Below are positions 9,250 through 19,362 of a stretch of DNA of 20,502 nucleotides, in pieces. The notes beneath the pieces were generated by a model that ran no database searches, was not told the origin of the DNA, and saw only the letters and a list, made by a program, of their open reading frames with translations. The translations under genes were made by a program, and so were the position numbers. This DNA is from Naegleria gruberi (Eukaryota), in NCBI GenBank assembly GCA_000004985.1, contig GG738953.1; one strand, given 5' to 3'. Within the stretch, counting starts at the first letter, position 1; each line of letters opens with the position of its first letter.

Positions 9250-9326
9250 ACAATTTCACTTCTGCTTTCATTCGAATTTCCGAATTTTCCTGTTTTTCCG
9301 TTAAGTCGGACACAGCTCAATAATGG

Positions 9327-12250
9327 NNNNNNNNNNNNNNNNNNNNNNNNNNNNNNNNNNNNNNNNNNNNNNNNNNNNNNNNNNNNNNNNNNNNNNNNNN
9401 NNNNNNNNNNNNNNNNNNNNNNNNNNNNNNNNNNNNNNNNNNNNNNNNNNNNNNNNNNNNNNNNNNNNNNNNNNNNNNNNNNNNNNNNNNNNNNNNNNNN
9501 NNNNNNNNNNNNNNNNNNNNNNNNNNNNNNNNNNNNNNNNNNNNNNNNNNNNNNNNNNNNNNNNNNNNNNNNNNNNNNNNNNNNNNNNNNNNNNNNNNNN
9601 NNNNNNNNNNNNNNNNNNNNNNNNNNNNNNNNNNNNNNNNNNNNNNNNNNNNNNNNNNNNNNNNNNNNNNNNNNNNNNNNNNNNNNNNNNNNNNNNNNNN
9701 NNNNNNNNNNNNNNNNNNNNNNNNNNNNNNNNNNNNNNNNNNNNNNNNNNNNNNNNNNNNNNNNNNNNNNNNNNNNNNNNNNNNNNNNNNNNNNNNNNNN
9801 NNNNNNNNNNNNNNNNNNNNNNNNNNNNNNNNNNNNNNNNNNNNNNNNNNNNNNNNNNNNNNNNNNNNNNNNNNNNNNNNNNNNNNNNNNNNNNNNNNNN
9901 NNNNNNNNNNNNNNNNNNNNNNNNNNNNNNNNNNNNNNNNNNNNNNNNNNNNNNNNNNNNNNNNNNNNNNNNNNNNNNNNNNNNNNNNNNNNNNNNNNNN
10001 NNNNNNNNNNNNNNNNNNNNNNNNNNNNNNNNNNNNNNNNNNNNNNNNNNNNNNNNNNNNNNNNNNNNNNNNNNNNNNNNNNNNNNNNNNNNNNNNNNNN
10101 NNNNNNNNNNNNNNNNNNNNNNNNNNNNNNNNNNNNNNNNNNNNNNNNNNNNNNNNNNNNNNNNNNNNNNNNNNNNNNNNNNNNNNNNNNNNNNNNNNNN
10201 NNNNNNNNNNNNNNNNNNNNNNNNNNNNNNNNNNNNNNNNNNNNNNNNNNNNNNNNNNNNNNNNNNNNNNNNNNNNNNNNNNNNNNNNNNNNNNNNNNNN
10301 NNNNNNNNNNNNNNNNNNNNNNNNNNNNNNNNNNNNNNNNNNNNNNNNNNNNNNNNNNNNNNNNNNNNNNNNNNNNNNNNNNNNNNNNNNNNNNNNNNNN
10401 NNNNNNNNNNNNNNNNNNNNNNNNNNNNNNNNNNNNNNNNNNNNNNNNNNNNNNNNNNNNNNNNNNNNNNNNNNNNNNNNNNNNNNNNNNNNNNNNNNNN
10501 NNNNNNNNNNNNNNNNNNNNNNNNNNNNNNNNNNNNNNNNNNNNNNNNNNNNNNNNNNNNNNNNNNNNNNNNNNNNNNNNNNNNNNNNNNNNNNNNNNNN
10601 NNNNNNNNNNNNNNNNNNNNNNNNNNNNNNNNNNNNNNNNNNNNNNNNNNNNNNNNNNNNNNNNNNNNNNNNNNNNNNNNNNNNNNNNNNNNNNNNNNNN
10701 NNNNNNNNNNNNNNNNNNNNNNNNNNNNNNNNNNNNNNNNNNNNNNNNNNNNNNNNNNNNNNNNNNNNNNNNNNNNNNNNNNNNNNNNNNNNNNNNNNNN
10801 NNNNNNNNNNNNNNNNNNNNNNNNNNNNNNNNNNNNNNNNNNNNNNNNNNNNNNNNNNNNNNNNNNNNNNNNNNNNNNNNNNNNNNNNNNNNNNNNNNNN
10901 NNNNNNNNNNNNNNNNNNNNNNNNNNNNNNNNNNNNNNNNNNNNNNNNNNNNNNNNNNNNNNNNNNNNNNNNNNNNNNNNNNNNNNNNNNNNNNNNNNNN
11001 NNNNNNNNNNNNNNNNNNNNNNNNNNNNNNNNNNNNNNNNNNNNNNNNNNNNNNNNNNNNNNNNNNNNNNNNNNNNNNNNNNNNNNNNNNNNNNNNNNNN
11101 NNNNNNNNNNNNNNNNNNNNNNNNNNNNNNNNNNNNNNNNNNNNNNNNNNNNNNNNNNNNNNNNNNNNNNNNNNNNNNNNNNNNNNNNNNNNNNNNNNNN
11201 NNNNNNNNNNNNNNNNNNNNNNNNNNNNNNNNNNNNNNNNNNNNNNNNNNNNNNNNNNNNNNNNNNNNNNNNNNNNNNNNNNNNNNNNNNNNNNNNNNNN
11301 NNNNNNNNNNNNNNNNNNNNNNNNNNNNNNNNNNNNNNNNNNNNNNNNNNNNNNNNNNNNNNNNNNNNNNNNNNNNNNNNNNNNNNNNNNNNNNNNNNNN
11401 NNNNNNNNNNNNNNNNNNNNNNNNNNNNNNNNNNNNNNNNNNNNNNNNNNNNNNNNNNNNNNNNNNNNNNNNNNNNNNNNNNNNNNNNNNNNNNNNNNNN
11501 NNNNNNNNNNNNNNNNNNNNNNNNNNNNNNNNNNNNNNNNNNNNNNNNNNNNNNNNNNNNNNNNNNNNNNNNNNNNNNNNNNNNNNNNNNNNNNNNNNNN
11601 NNNNNNNNNNNNNNNNNNNNNNNNNNNNNNNNNNNNNNNNNNNNNNNNNNNNNNNNNNNNNNNNNNNNNNNNNNNNNNNNNNNNNNNNNNNNNNNNNNNN
11701 NNNNNNNNNNNNNNNNNNNNNNNNNNNNNNNNNNNNNNNNNNNNNNNNNNNNNNNNNNNNNNNNNNNNNNNNNNNNNNNNNNNNNNNNNNNNNNNNNNNN
11801 NNNNNNNNNNNNNNNNNNNNNNNNNNNNNNNNNNNNNNNNNNNNNNNNNNNNNNNNNNNNNNNNNNNNNNNNNNNNNNNNNNNNNNNNNNNNNNNNNNNN
11901 NNNNNNNNNNNNNNNNNNNNNNNNNNNNNNNNNNNNNNNNNNNNNNNNNNNNNNNNNNNNNNNNNNNNNNNNNNNNNNNNNNNNNNNNNNNNNNNNNNNN
12001 NNNNNNNNNNNNNNNNNNNNNNNNNNNNNNNNNNNNNNNNNNNNNNNNNNNNNNNNNNNNNNNNNNNNNNNNNNNNNNNNNNNNNNNNNNNNNNNNNNNN
12101 NNNNNNNNNNNNNNNNNNNNNNNNNNNNNNNNNNNNNNNNNNNNNNNNNNNNNNNNNNNNNNNNNNNNNNNNNNNNNNNNNNNNNNNNNNNNNNNNNNNN
12201 NNNNNNNNNNNNNNNNNNNNNNNNNNNNNNNNNNNNNNNNNNNNNNNNNN
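9327..12250. other. Run of 2924 N (gap or masked) interrupting the EGF-repeat gene.
   Basis: A literal n-run is present. Confidence 0.99.
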
Positions 12251-13782
12251 CGGCTAGAATACCATTACACTTTGGGATTGAACAAAATCTTCCTCCCCAA
12301 TGAGTTTCATCATTACATTTGCAAATGTCATCTGCCAAACAATTTCCTCTTCCATTACAAACATTTTCCATGGTCGACAAAGTGCCATTACACTTCAAGA
12401 TTTGACAGTCATTACCACCAAATGCATACGTATCGAAACATTGACATTGATTTGGGGAAATGCATTGACCTCTGGAATTGCAAACTGTTGGATCTGATGC
12501 TGATGTCAAATTACATTTTGGAACGTCACATTTCAATCCATTCCATTGAGATTGATCTCTACAGACACATGTATCATGAGATACACAATCACCTCTTCCT
12601 GAACAAACACTGCTTGTTTGATTTGCTATTATTCCAAAACATACTGGAATTTCACATTTCTCACCAACATATCTTGACGTGTTGAAGCATTGACAGGTAT
12701 TAAGTGCAATACAAGAGCCATTTCCTGAACAAACTGTTTCATCATTTGCTAAAGTACCATTACATTTTGGAATTTCACAATTTTCACCTCCATAATTAGA
12801 ATTACATTTACAATAATTGTAACGTTCACAAATTCCATTACCATTACATGCAGTAGATGAGTTTGAAAACTTTCCAAAACATGTTGTTACTGTACACTCA
12901 GGTCCATAATAATTTTCATTACACATGCATGTATTCACATCAACACATGTTCCATTTCCATGACATGCTAAAAAAGGATATTTGCTTTCAGATGATTTCC
13001 CATAACATTCAGGAAGACATGTTCTTCCATCACCACTCAACACATAACCAACACCATCACAATATGGATAAACCTTCTTAATCAATCCAGCAACATCATC
13101 AGCAATATAAATCTCATTCTTATTCTCCCTCACAAAAACATTAAAAGGAGAATCCAAGTAACAATTCACTGGATCAGAATTGTCTGGACATCCACTCGAG
13201 GAATTTGTACTTCCAGCAATGATTTCCACTTGTCTATTTTGAATCTTTTTAACCTGCTTCAATCCAGGATCAGCAACAAACAATTCATCATGTGCTGTGT
13301 AATATAATCCCATTGGATTATTCCATGGAGTGGCTGTGAAATTTGCATCATTGAATGGTGGATACTCTGGATAAGGATTCCAATCTGGAGTGCTAGCACT
13401 GAATATGGTGTATGTTTCAGGAAGAACTAATCTCATAATTTTCCCATAATAAATATAGTAAATGTCACCTGTTAGTGGTGATGCAACTATTCCACCATCG
13501 GTAGGTGATAAACCACAATTAGTGAACCAGTTAAATGAATTATAATTTGCCAAACTATAGTAACCCACGCAATTGTTACCAACATCCATGAAAAGCAACC
13601 AATTGTGAAATTTATCGATGGAAAGCATCTTTCCAAAGTACATGACATTAGGTAGAGTTGTAATAGTTGTTTTTCCATAGTTGAGTGCTCTTATTTTCAT
13701 ACTAAAATATTCAGATAGGTAGACTTTCTCTTGTGCTTCATCAACAGCAATAAAAGGTTGATCTATAAATCTTTCGTTTCGA
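12251..13782 (-). CDS. Secreted NHL-repeat beta-propeller plus tandem tenascin-type EGF repeat protein, exon 2; the 3' end continues into the N run.
   Basis: A 1.5-kb frame is open on the minus strand. NHL-like blades are present (NNPMGLYYTAHDELFVADPGLKQVKKI; LDSPFNVFVRENKNEIYIADDVAGLIKKV; RFIDQPFIAVDEAQEKVYLSEY). At least 6 tandem ~39-aa repeats follow, each C-x(10-12)-C-x-G-x-G-x-C-x5-C-x-C-x(7-8)-G-x-x-C-x-x-P-K (for example CNGTLANDETVCSGNGSCIALNTCQCFNTSRYVGEKCEIPV). There are many N-x-S/T sites. The acceptor is ttctaaactag|T at 13783/13782, and a proximal alternative is tattttag|T at 13702/13701. Both are in phase with exon 1. Confidence 0.75.
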
Positions 13783-13895
13783 CTAGTTTAGAATAGTTTA
13801 CTTACTGCCAAGAGGAGCCATAAAAACGCTCAAAGTTCCATTAAAAACAGTTCTAATTAATTTAAATAATTAGTAAACTGTGAAAAATCACTTAC

Positions 13896-14095
13896 AATAT
13901 CCTATTTTTGTAATAGTTGTTTTCATTGTTGTGTTCTGCAATGAACATGTCTCCATTGGCCAACACATGTACTGCTCGTGGCATGTTCAACGAGCTGACA
14001 GCTGTCGTGATTTTGAACTTGACATTTAATGCACTGCACATGCCCAACAAAAGCACGAGGACAAATGCAAATAAAAACGTAAGGTTATTATGCAT
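13896..14095 (-). CDS. Exon 1 of the NHL/EGF protein gene, carrying the signal peptide and the first NHL-like segment.
   Basis: ATG 14095-14093 sits in a 'caaaaaaaATGc' context. The signal peptide is MHNNLTFLFAFVLVLLLGMCSA|LNV. The segment VHVLANGDMFIAEHNNENNYYKNRI is NHL-like. The exon ends in phase 2 (..ATA TT) and is followed by a consensus donor GTAAGT at minus-strand 13895-13890. Joining to 13782 gives ..KNRIF RNERFIDQPFIAVD.. in frame. Confidence 0.6.
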
Positions 14096-14309
14096 TTTTT
14101 TGTGGAGTCATGAAGATGCAACAACTATTTCACAAGTGCAAAAAAGAATGACATCTGAATGAATACTATCAATTTTAGAGAGTGAAAGTAATGAACTAAC
14201 GGTTCAATGTTCCATTTCAGACAATATTACAATAATATCACATATTATTCTCATGATTATTGGTTATACAATAGATTATGATTCAGCTTTGGATGAACTT
14301 TAAATTATA

Positions 14310-14330
14310 CAATTAGATTAGATCTAATTG
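14310..14330. repeat. Perfect 9-3-9 palindrome, caattagat-tag-atctaattg, ~215 bp upstream of the NHL/EGF gene start.
   Basis: Read directly from the sequence. It is a candidate dimeric transcription-factor site, and nothing more can be said. Confidence 0.3.
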
Positions 14331-14480
14331 GTTTGTTCCATTTGGATTTTGCATATTTTTCTATACGTTTACCAATTGAAATGTTACAAATATCACATAC
14401 AACAAAACTTTTATCAATTAATAGAACATTATCAACAACACTTTCTTGTTATTAGTCAACATGTTACCACAGTGGAAGGA

Positions 14481-17400
14481 NNNNNNNNNNNNNNNNNNNN
14501 NNNNNNNNNNNNNNNNNNNNNNNNNNNNNNNNNNNNNNNNNNNNNNNNNNNNNNNNNNNNNNNNNNNNNNNNNNNNNNNNNNNNNNNNNNNNNNNNNNNN
14601 NNNNNNNNNNNNNNNNNNNNNNNNNNNNNNNNNNNNNNNNNNNNNNNNNNNNNNNNNNNNNNNNNNNNNNNNNNNNNNNNNNNNNNNNNNNNNNNNNNNN
14701 NNNNNNNNNNNNNNNNNNNNNNNNNNNNNNNNNNNNNNNNNNNNNNNNNNNNNNNNNNNNNNNNNNNNNNNNNNNNNNNNNNNNNNNNNNNNNNNNNNNN
14801 NNNNNNNNNNNNNNNNNNNNNNNNNNNNNNNNNNNNNNNNNNNNNNNNNNNNNNNNNNNNNNNNNNNNNNNNNNNNNNNNNNNNNNNNNNNNNNNNNNNN
14901 NNNNNNNNNNNNNNNNNNNNNNNNNNNNNNNNNNNNNNNNNNNNNNNNNNNNNNNNNNNNNNNNNNNNNNNNNNNNNNNNNNNNNNNNNNNNNNNNNNNN
15001 NNNNNNNNNNNNNNNNNNNNNNNNNNNNNNNNNNNNNNNNNNNNNNNNNNNNNNNNNNNNNNNNNNNNNNNNNNNNNNNNNNNNNNNNNNNNNNNNNNNN
15101 NNNNNNNNNNNNNNNNNNNNNNNNNNNNNNNNNNNNNNNNNNNNNNNNNNNNNNNNNNNNNNNNNNNNNNNNNNNNNNNNNNNNNNNNNNNNNNNNNNNN
15201 NNNNNNNNNNNNNNNNNNNNNNNNNNNNNNNNNNNNNNNNNNNNNNNNNNNNNNNNNNNNNNNNNNNNNNNNNNNNNNNNNNNNNNNNNNNNNNNNNNNN
15301 NNNNNNNNNNNNNNNNNNNNNNNNNNNNNNNNNNNNNNNNNNNNNNNNNNNNNNNNNNNNNNNNNNNNNNNNNNNNNNNNNNNNNNNNNNNNNNNNNNNN
15401 NNNNNNNNNNNNNNNNNNNNNNNNNNNNNNNNNNNNNNNNNNNNNNNNNNNNNNNNNNNNNNNNNNNNNNNNNNNNNNNNNNNNNNNNNNNNNNNNNNNN
15501 NNNNNNNNNNNNNNNNNNNNNNNNNNNNNNNNNNNNNNNNNNNNNNNNNNNNNNNNNNNNNNNNNNNNNNNNNNNNNNNNNNNNNNNNNNNNNNNNNNNN
15601 NNNNNNNNNNNNNNNNNNNNNNNNNNNNNNNNNNNNNNNNNNNNNNNNNNNNNNNNNNNNNNNNNNNNNNNNNNNNNNNNNNNNNNNNNNNNNNNNNNNN
15701 NNNNNNNNNNNNNNNNNNNNNNNNNNNNNNNNNNNNNNNNNNNNNNNNNNNNNNNNNNNNNNNNNNNNNNNNNNNNNNNNNNNNNNNNNNNNNNNNNNNN
15801 NNNNNNNNNNNNNNNNNNNNNNNNNNNNNNNNNNNNNNNNNNNNNNNNNNNNNNNNNNNNNNNNNNNNNNNNNNNNNNNNNNNNNNNNNNNNNNNNNNNN
15901 NNNNNNNNNNNNNNNNNNNNNNNNNNNNNNNNNNNNNNNNNNNNNNNNNNNNNNNNNNNNNNNNNNNNNNNNNNNNNNNNNNNNNNNNNNNNNNNNNNNN
16001 NNNNNNNNNNNNNNNNNNNNNNNNNNNNNNNNNNNNNNNNNNNNNNNNNNNNNNNNNNNNNNNNNNNNNNNNNNNNNNNNNNNNNNNNNNNNNNNNNNNN
16101 NNNNNNNNNNNNNNNNNNNNNNNNNNNNNNNNNNNNNNNNNNNNNNNNNNNNNNNNNNNNNNNNNNNNNNNNNNNNNNNNNNNNNNNNNNNNNNNNNNNN
16201 NNNNNNNNNNNNNNNNNNNNNNNNNNNNNNNNNNNNNNNNNNNNNNNNNNNNNNNNNNNNNNNNNNNNNNNNNNNNNNNNNNNNNNNNNNNNNNNNNNNN
16301 NNNNNNNNNNNNNNNNNNNNNNNNNNNNNNNNNNNNNNNNNNNNNNNNNNNNNNNNNNNNNNNNNNNNNNNNNNNNNNNNNNNNNNNNNNNNNNNNNNNN
16401 NNNNNNNNNNNNNNNNNNNNNNNNNNNNNNNNNNNNNNNNNNNNNNNNNNNNNNNNNNNNNNNNNNNNNNNNNNNNNNNNNNNNNNNNNNNNNNNNNNNN
16501 NNNNNNNNNNNNNNNNNNNNNNNNNNNNNNNNNNNNNNNNNNNNNNNNNNNNNNNNNNNNNNNNNNNNNNNNNNNNNNNNNNNNNNNNNNNNNNNNNNNN
16601 NNNNNNNNNNNNNNNNNNNNNNNNNNNNNNNNNNNNNNNNNNNNNNNNNNNNNNNNNNNNNNNNNNNNNNNNNNNNNNNNNNNNNNNNNNNNNNNNNNNN
16701 NNNNNNNNNNNNNNNNNNNNNNNNNNNNNNNNNNNNNNNNNNNNNNNNNNNNNNNNNNNNNNNNNNNNNNNNNNNNNNNNNNNNNNNNNNNNNNNNNNNN
16801 NNNNNNNNNNNNNNNNNNNNNNNNNNNNNNNNNNNNNNNNNNNNNNNNNNNNNNNNNNNNNNNNNNNNNNNNNNNNNNNNNNNNNNNNNNNNNNNNNNNN
16901 NNNNNNNNNNNNNNNNNNNNNNNNNNNNNNNNNNNNNNNNNNNNNNNNNNNNNNNNNNNNNNNNNNNNNNNNNNNNNNNNNNNNNNNNNNNNNNNNNNNN
17001 NNNNNNNNNNNNNNNNNNNNNNNNNNNNNNNNNNNNNNNNNNNNNNNNNNNNNNNNNNNNNNNNNNNNNNNNNNNNNNNNNNNNNNNNNNNNNNNNNNNN
17101 NNNNNNNNNNNNNNNNNNNNNNNNNNNNNNNNNNNNNNNNNNNNNNNNNNNNNNNNNNNNNNNNNNNNNNNNNNNNNNNNNNNNNNNNNNNNNNNNNNNN
17201 NNNNNNNNNNNNNNNNNNNNNNNNNNNNNNNNNNNNNNNNNNNNNNNNNNNNNNNNNNNNNNNNNNNNNNNNNNNNNNNNNNNNNNNNNNNNNNNNNNNN
17301 NNNNNNNNNNNNNNNNNNNNNNNNNNNNNNNNNNNNNNNNNNNNNNNNNNNNNNNNNNNNNNNNNNNNNNNNNNNNNNNNNNNNNNNNNNNNNNNNNNNN

Positions 17401-18365
17401 NNNNNNNNNNNNNNNNNNNNNNNNNNNNNNNNNNNNNNNNNNNNNNNNNNNNNNNNNNNNNNNNNNNNNNNNNNNNNNNNNNNNNNNNNNNNNNNNNNNN
17501 NNNNNNNNNNNNNNNNNNNNNNNNNNNNNNNNNNNNNNNNNNNNNNNNNNNNNNNNNNNNNNNNNNNNNNNNNNNNNNNNNNNNNNNNNNNNNNNNNNNN
17601 NNNNNNNNNNNNNNNNNNNNNNNNNNNNNNNNNNNNNNNNNNNNNNNNNNNNNNNNNNNNNNNNNNNNNNNNNNNNNNNNNNNNNNNNNNNNNNNNNNNN
17701 NNNNNNNNNNNNNNNNNNNNNNNNNNNNNNNNNNNNNNNNNNNNNNNNNNNNNNNNNNNNNNNNNNNNNNNNNNNNNNNNNNNNNNNNNNNNNNNNNNNN
17801 NNNNNNNNNNNNNNNNNNNNNNNNNNNNNNNNNNNNNNNNNNNNNNNNNNNNNNNNNNNNNNNNNNNNNNNNNNNNNNNNNNNNNNNNNNNNNNNNNNNN
17901 NNNNNNNNNNNNNNNNNNNNNNNNNNNNNNNNNNNNNNNNNNNNNNNNNNNNNNNNNNNNNNNNNNNNNNNNNNNNNNNNNNNNNNNNNNNNNNNNNNNN
18001 NNNNNNNNNNNNNNNNNNNNNNNNNNNNNNNNNNNNNNNNNNNNNNNNNNNNNNNNNNNNNNNNNNNNNNNNNNNNNNNNNNNNNNNNNNNNNNNNNNNN
18101 NNNNNNNNNNNNNNNNNNNNNNNNNNNNNNNNNNNNNNNNNNNNNNNNNNNNNNNNNNNNNNNNNNNNNNNNNNNNNNNNNNNNNNNNNNNNNNNNNNNN
18201 NNNNNNNNNNNNNNNNNNNNNNNNNNNNNNNNNNNNNNNNNNNNNNNNNNNNNNNNNNNNNNNNNNNNNNNNNNNNNNNNNNNNNNNNNNNNNNNNNNNN
18301 NNNNNNNNNNNNNNNNNNNNNNNNNNNNNNNNNNNNNNNNNNNNNNNNNNNNNNNNNNNNNNNNN
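14481..18365. other. Run of 3885 N (gap or masked).
   Basis: A literal n-run is present. Confidence 0.99.
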
Positions 18366-18555
18366 TGCATTTTTTAGTTATTAATTTTTTCTCGAGAAGC
18401 GTGGTGGAAATTAAGCTTTGATCGGAATGACAACAAACTAACACCTTCATCAAAGCATGAATATTTATGATATTATTATTCGCAGTTAACTGCAATTTCA
18501 AAATCTCTGAGAATAAGAATCTCATCCACACCAATGAAACTAACGATTTAAAAAA

Positions 18556-19050
18556 ATGTCAAACTTTGTTGATCTGCCATCCGAGTTGCAAATTGAAATA
18601 TTTTCCATTCTCTCTGTTAAACATTTGAGAAATATTCTTTCAATTAACAAATCAATTCATGAGCAATTGATTCAATCAGAAACATTTTGGAGAACCTTGA
18701 TCAAGAATTATTCGAAAGTGATCGGAGAAAGTGCTTATGGAGTTGAACAAGCATCACAAGAATTATTCGAAATTGAAAATGTCAAGAAACAGTTAATTGA
18801 AATGATAGAAATAAAAAAGAGAAAAACTAAACAATTCCAACAGATGTCTATGGAATTAGAATACATGTTAAGAGAATTAGAAATGGTTCAGAGAGAAATG
18901 AATGCACGAAATGAAAGTACTTTGCTATTGGGAGGAAACATCAGTGATCAATTCAAAAATCAAATTGAAAGTTTGAAGCAAAAAGGTGAAAGTGTGAAAA
19001 AGGAAACGGAAGAAATTGCAGAAAAGTTAAAGAAAACGATTATTGATTAA
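18556..19050 (+). CDS. F-box domain protein (164 aa) with a C-terminal coiled-coil-like region.
   Basis: ATG 18556 sits in an 'aaaaaaATGt' context. The N-terminal F-box is LPSELQIEIFSILSVKHLRNILSINKSIHEQL (LP.E..IEIFS.L....L.....K). The remainder is K/E-rich with heptad-like hydrophobic spacing. The stop is TAA at 19048-19050. Confidence 0.7.
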   Translation: MSNFVDLPSELQIEIFSILSVKHLRNILSINKSIHEQLIQSETFWRTLIKNYSKVIGESAYGVEQASQELFEIENVKKQLIEMIEIKKRKTKQFQQMSMELEYMLRELEMVQREMNARNESTLLLGGNISDQFKNQIESLKQKGESVKKETEEIAEKLKKTIID

Positions 19051-19112
19051 GTCATTATCAATAGAAAATCCAAGCTCTGCAAATAAAGAAATCTATGAAT
19101 AATTTTGCAAAC

Positions 19113-19116
19113 AAAA
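19113..19116 (-). terminator. Pol III terminator, a T4 run 6 nt downstream of the tRNA 3' end.
   Basis: The minus-strand sequence after the discriminator base is GATAGTTTTGTTTGC. Confidence 0.4.
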
Positions 19117-19121
19117 CTATC

Positions 19122-19193
19122 CTCCCATGCCGGGAATTGAACCCGGACCTCCTGGGTGAAAGCCAGGTATCCTAGCCATTGGACTACACGGGA
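19122..19193 (-). tRNA. tRNA-Glu(UUC): tRNA-Glu, anticodon UUC (72 nt, with no encoded CCA, as expected in eukaryotes).
   Basis: The minus-strand sequence is TCCCGTG TA GTCC AATGGCTA GGAT A CCTGG CT-TTC-AC CCAGG AGGT CCGGG TTCAATT CCCGG CATGGGA G. It has a 7-bp acceptor stem (one G-U), a 4-bp D stem and 5-bp anticodon and T stems. The T-loop GTTCAATTCC matches the B-box and TAGTCCAATGG matches the A-box. It closely resembles metazoan tRNA-Glu-TTC and is followed by a T4 terminator. Confidence 0.9.
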
Positions 19194-19298
19194 ATATATT
19201 CAACTCGAAAATGTACCCTTAATGGACTAGTAGGAAAATGCTGTGAGCAAAAAGATTATTTTTTCTCAACATGGTTTTTTTTTCACTTAATGATTTAG

Positions 19299-19362
19299 AC
19301 GGGAAGCCTGCCAGGAATATGGCGACTGTCCCGCTACAGTCTTTGACTGTATGAACTGTGAG
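19299..19362 (+). other. Candidate 64-nt GC-rich internal micro-exon (or structured RNA element) framed by consensus splice signals; the parent gene is unknown.
   Basis: A pyrimidine tract plus acceptor (ggtttttttttcacttaatgatttag|A, AG 19297-19298) is followed by ~64 nt of locally GC-rich sequence containing the hairpin GACTGT-cccgct-ACAGTC. The donor GAG|GTACGT follows at 19363-19368. Only one frame is open: (A)REACQEYGDCPATVFDCMNCE, which has 4 Cys. Confidence 0.2.

Noticed and set aside
6980-9326. Search for Harbinger terminal inverted repeats and a TWA target-site duplication in 6980-7180 versus 9250-9326.
   Set aside because: No inverted match of 8 bp or more was found by eye. Only direct-orientation T-rich/CCG motif similarity was found. 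The termini may lie in the N run or be absent (domesticated copy).
13487-14162. Small ORFs 13487-13678 (-) and 13917-14162 (+).
   Set aside because: They are overlapping or antisense shadows of the NHL/EGF gene exons.
14328-14480. Plus-strand ORF start MVCSIWILHIFLYVYQLKCYKYHIQQNFYQLIEHYQQHFLVISQHVTTVEG running into gap 3.
   Set aside because: It lies in the promoter region of the minus-strand EGF gene. It has low-complexity aromatic composition and is open mainly because of the gap. I cannot support it as a gene.
1077-18534. Very long six-frame ORFs (up to 1638 aa) spanning the N runs on both strands.
   Set aside because: They consist almost entirely of X translated from n. N never encodes a stop, so any frame stays open. 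Only the flanking real sequence was interpreted.
19300-19345. Resemblance of GGGAAGCCTGCCAGGAATATGGCG...GCTACAGTCTTT to the 3' domain of 5S rRNA (GGGAGACCGCCTGGGAATACCGGGTGCTGTAGGCTTT), and of the minus-strand ATATTCCTGGCAGG to the U1 snRNA 5' end.
   Set aside because: The rest of 5S (the GGCCATACCAC, box A and box C regions) is not present on either strand. Nothing downstream of the U1-like 9-mer matches U1 stem-loop I. Both are treated as chance similarities.
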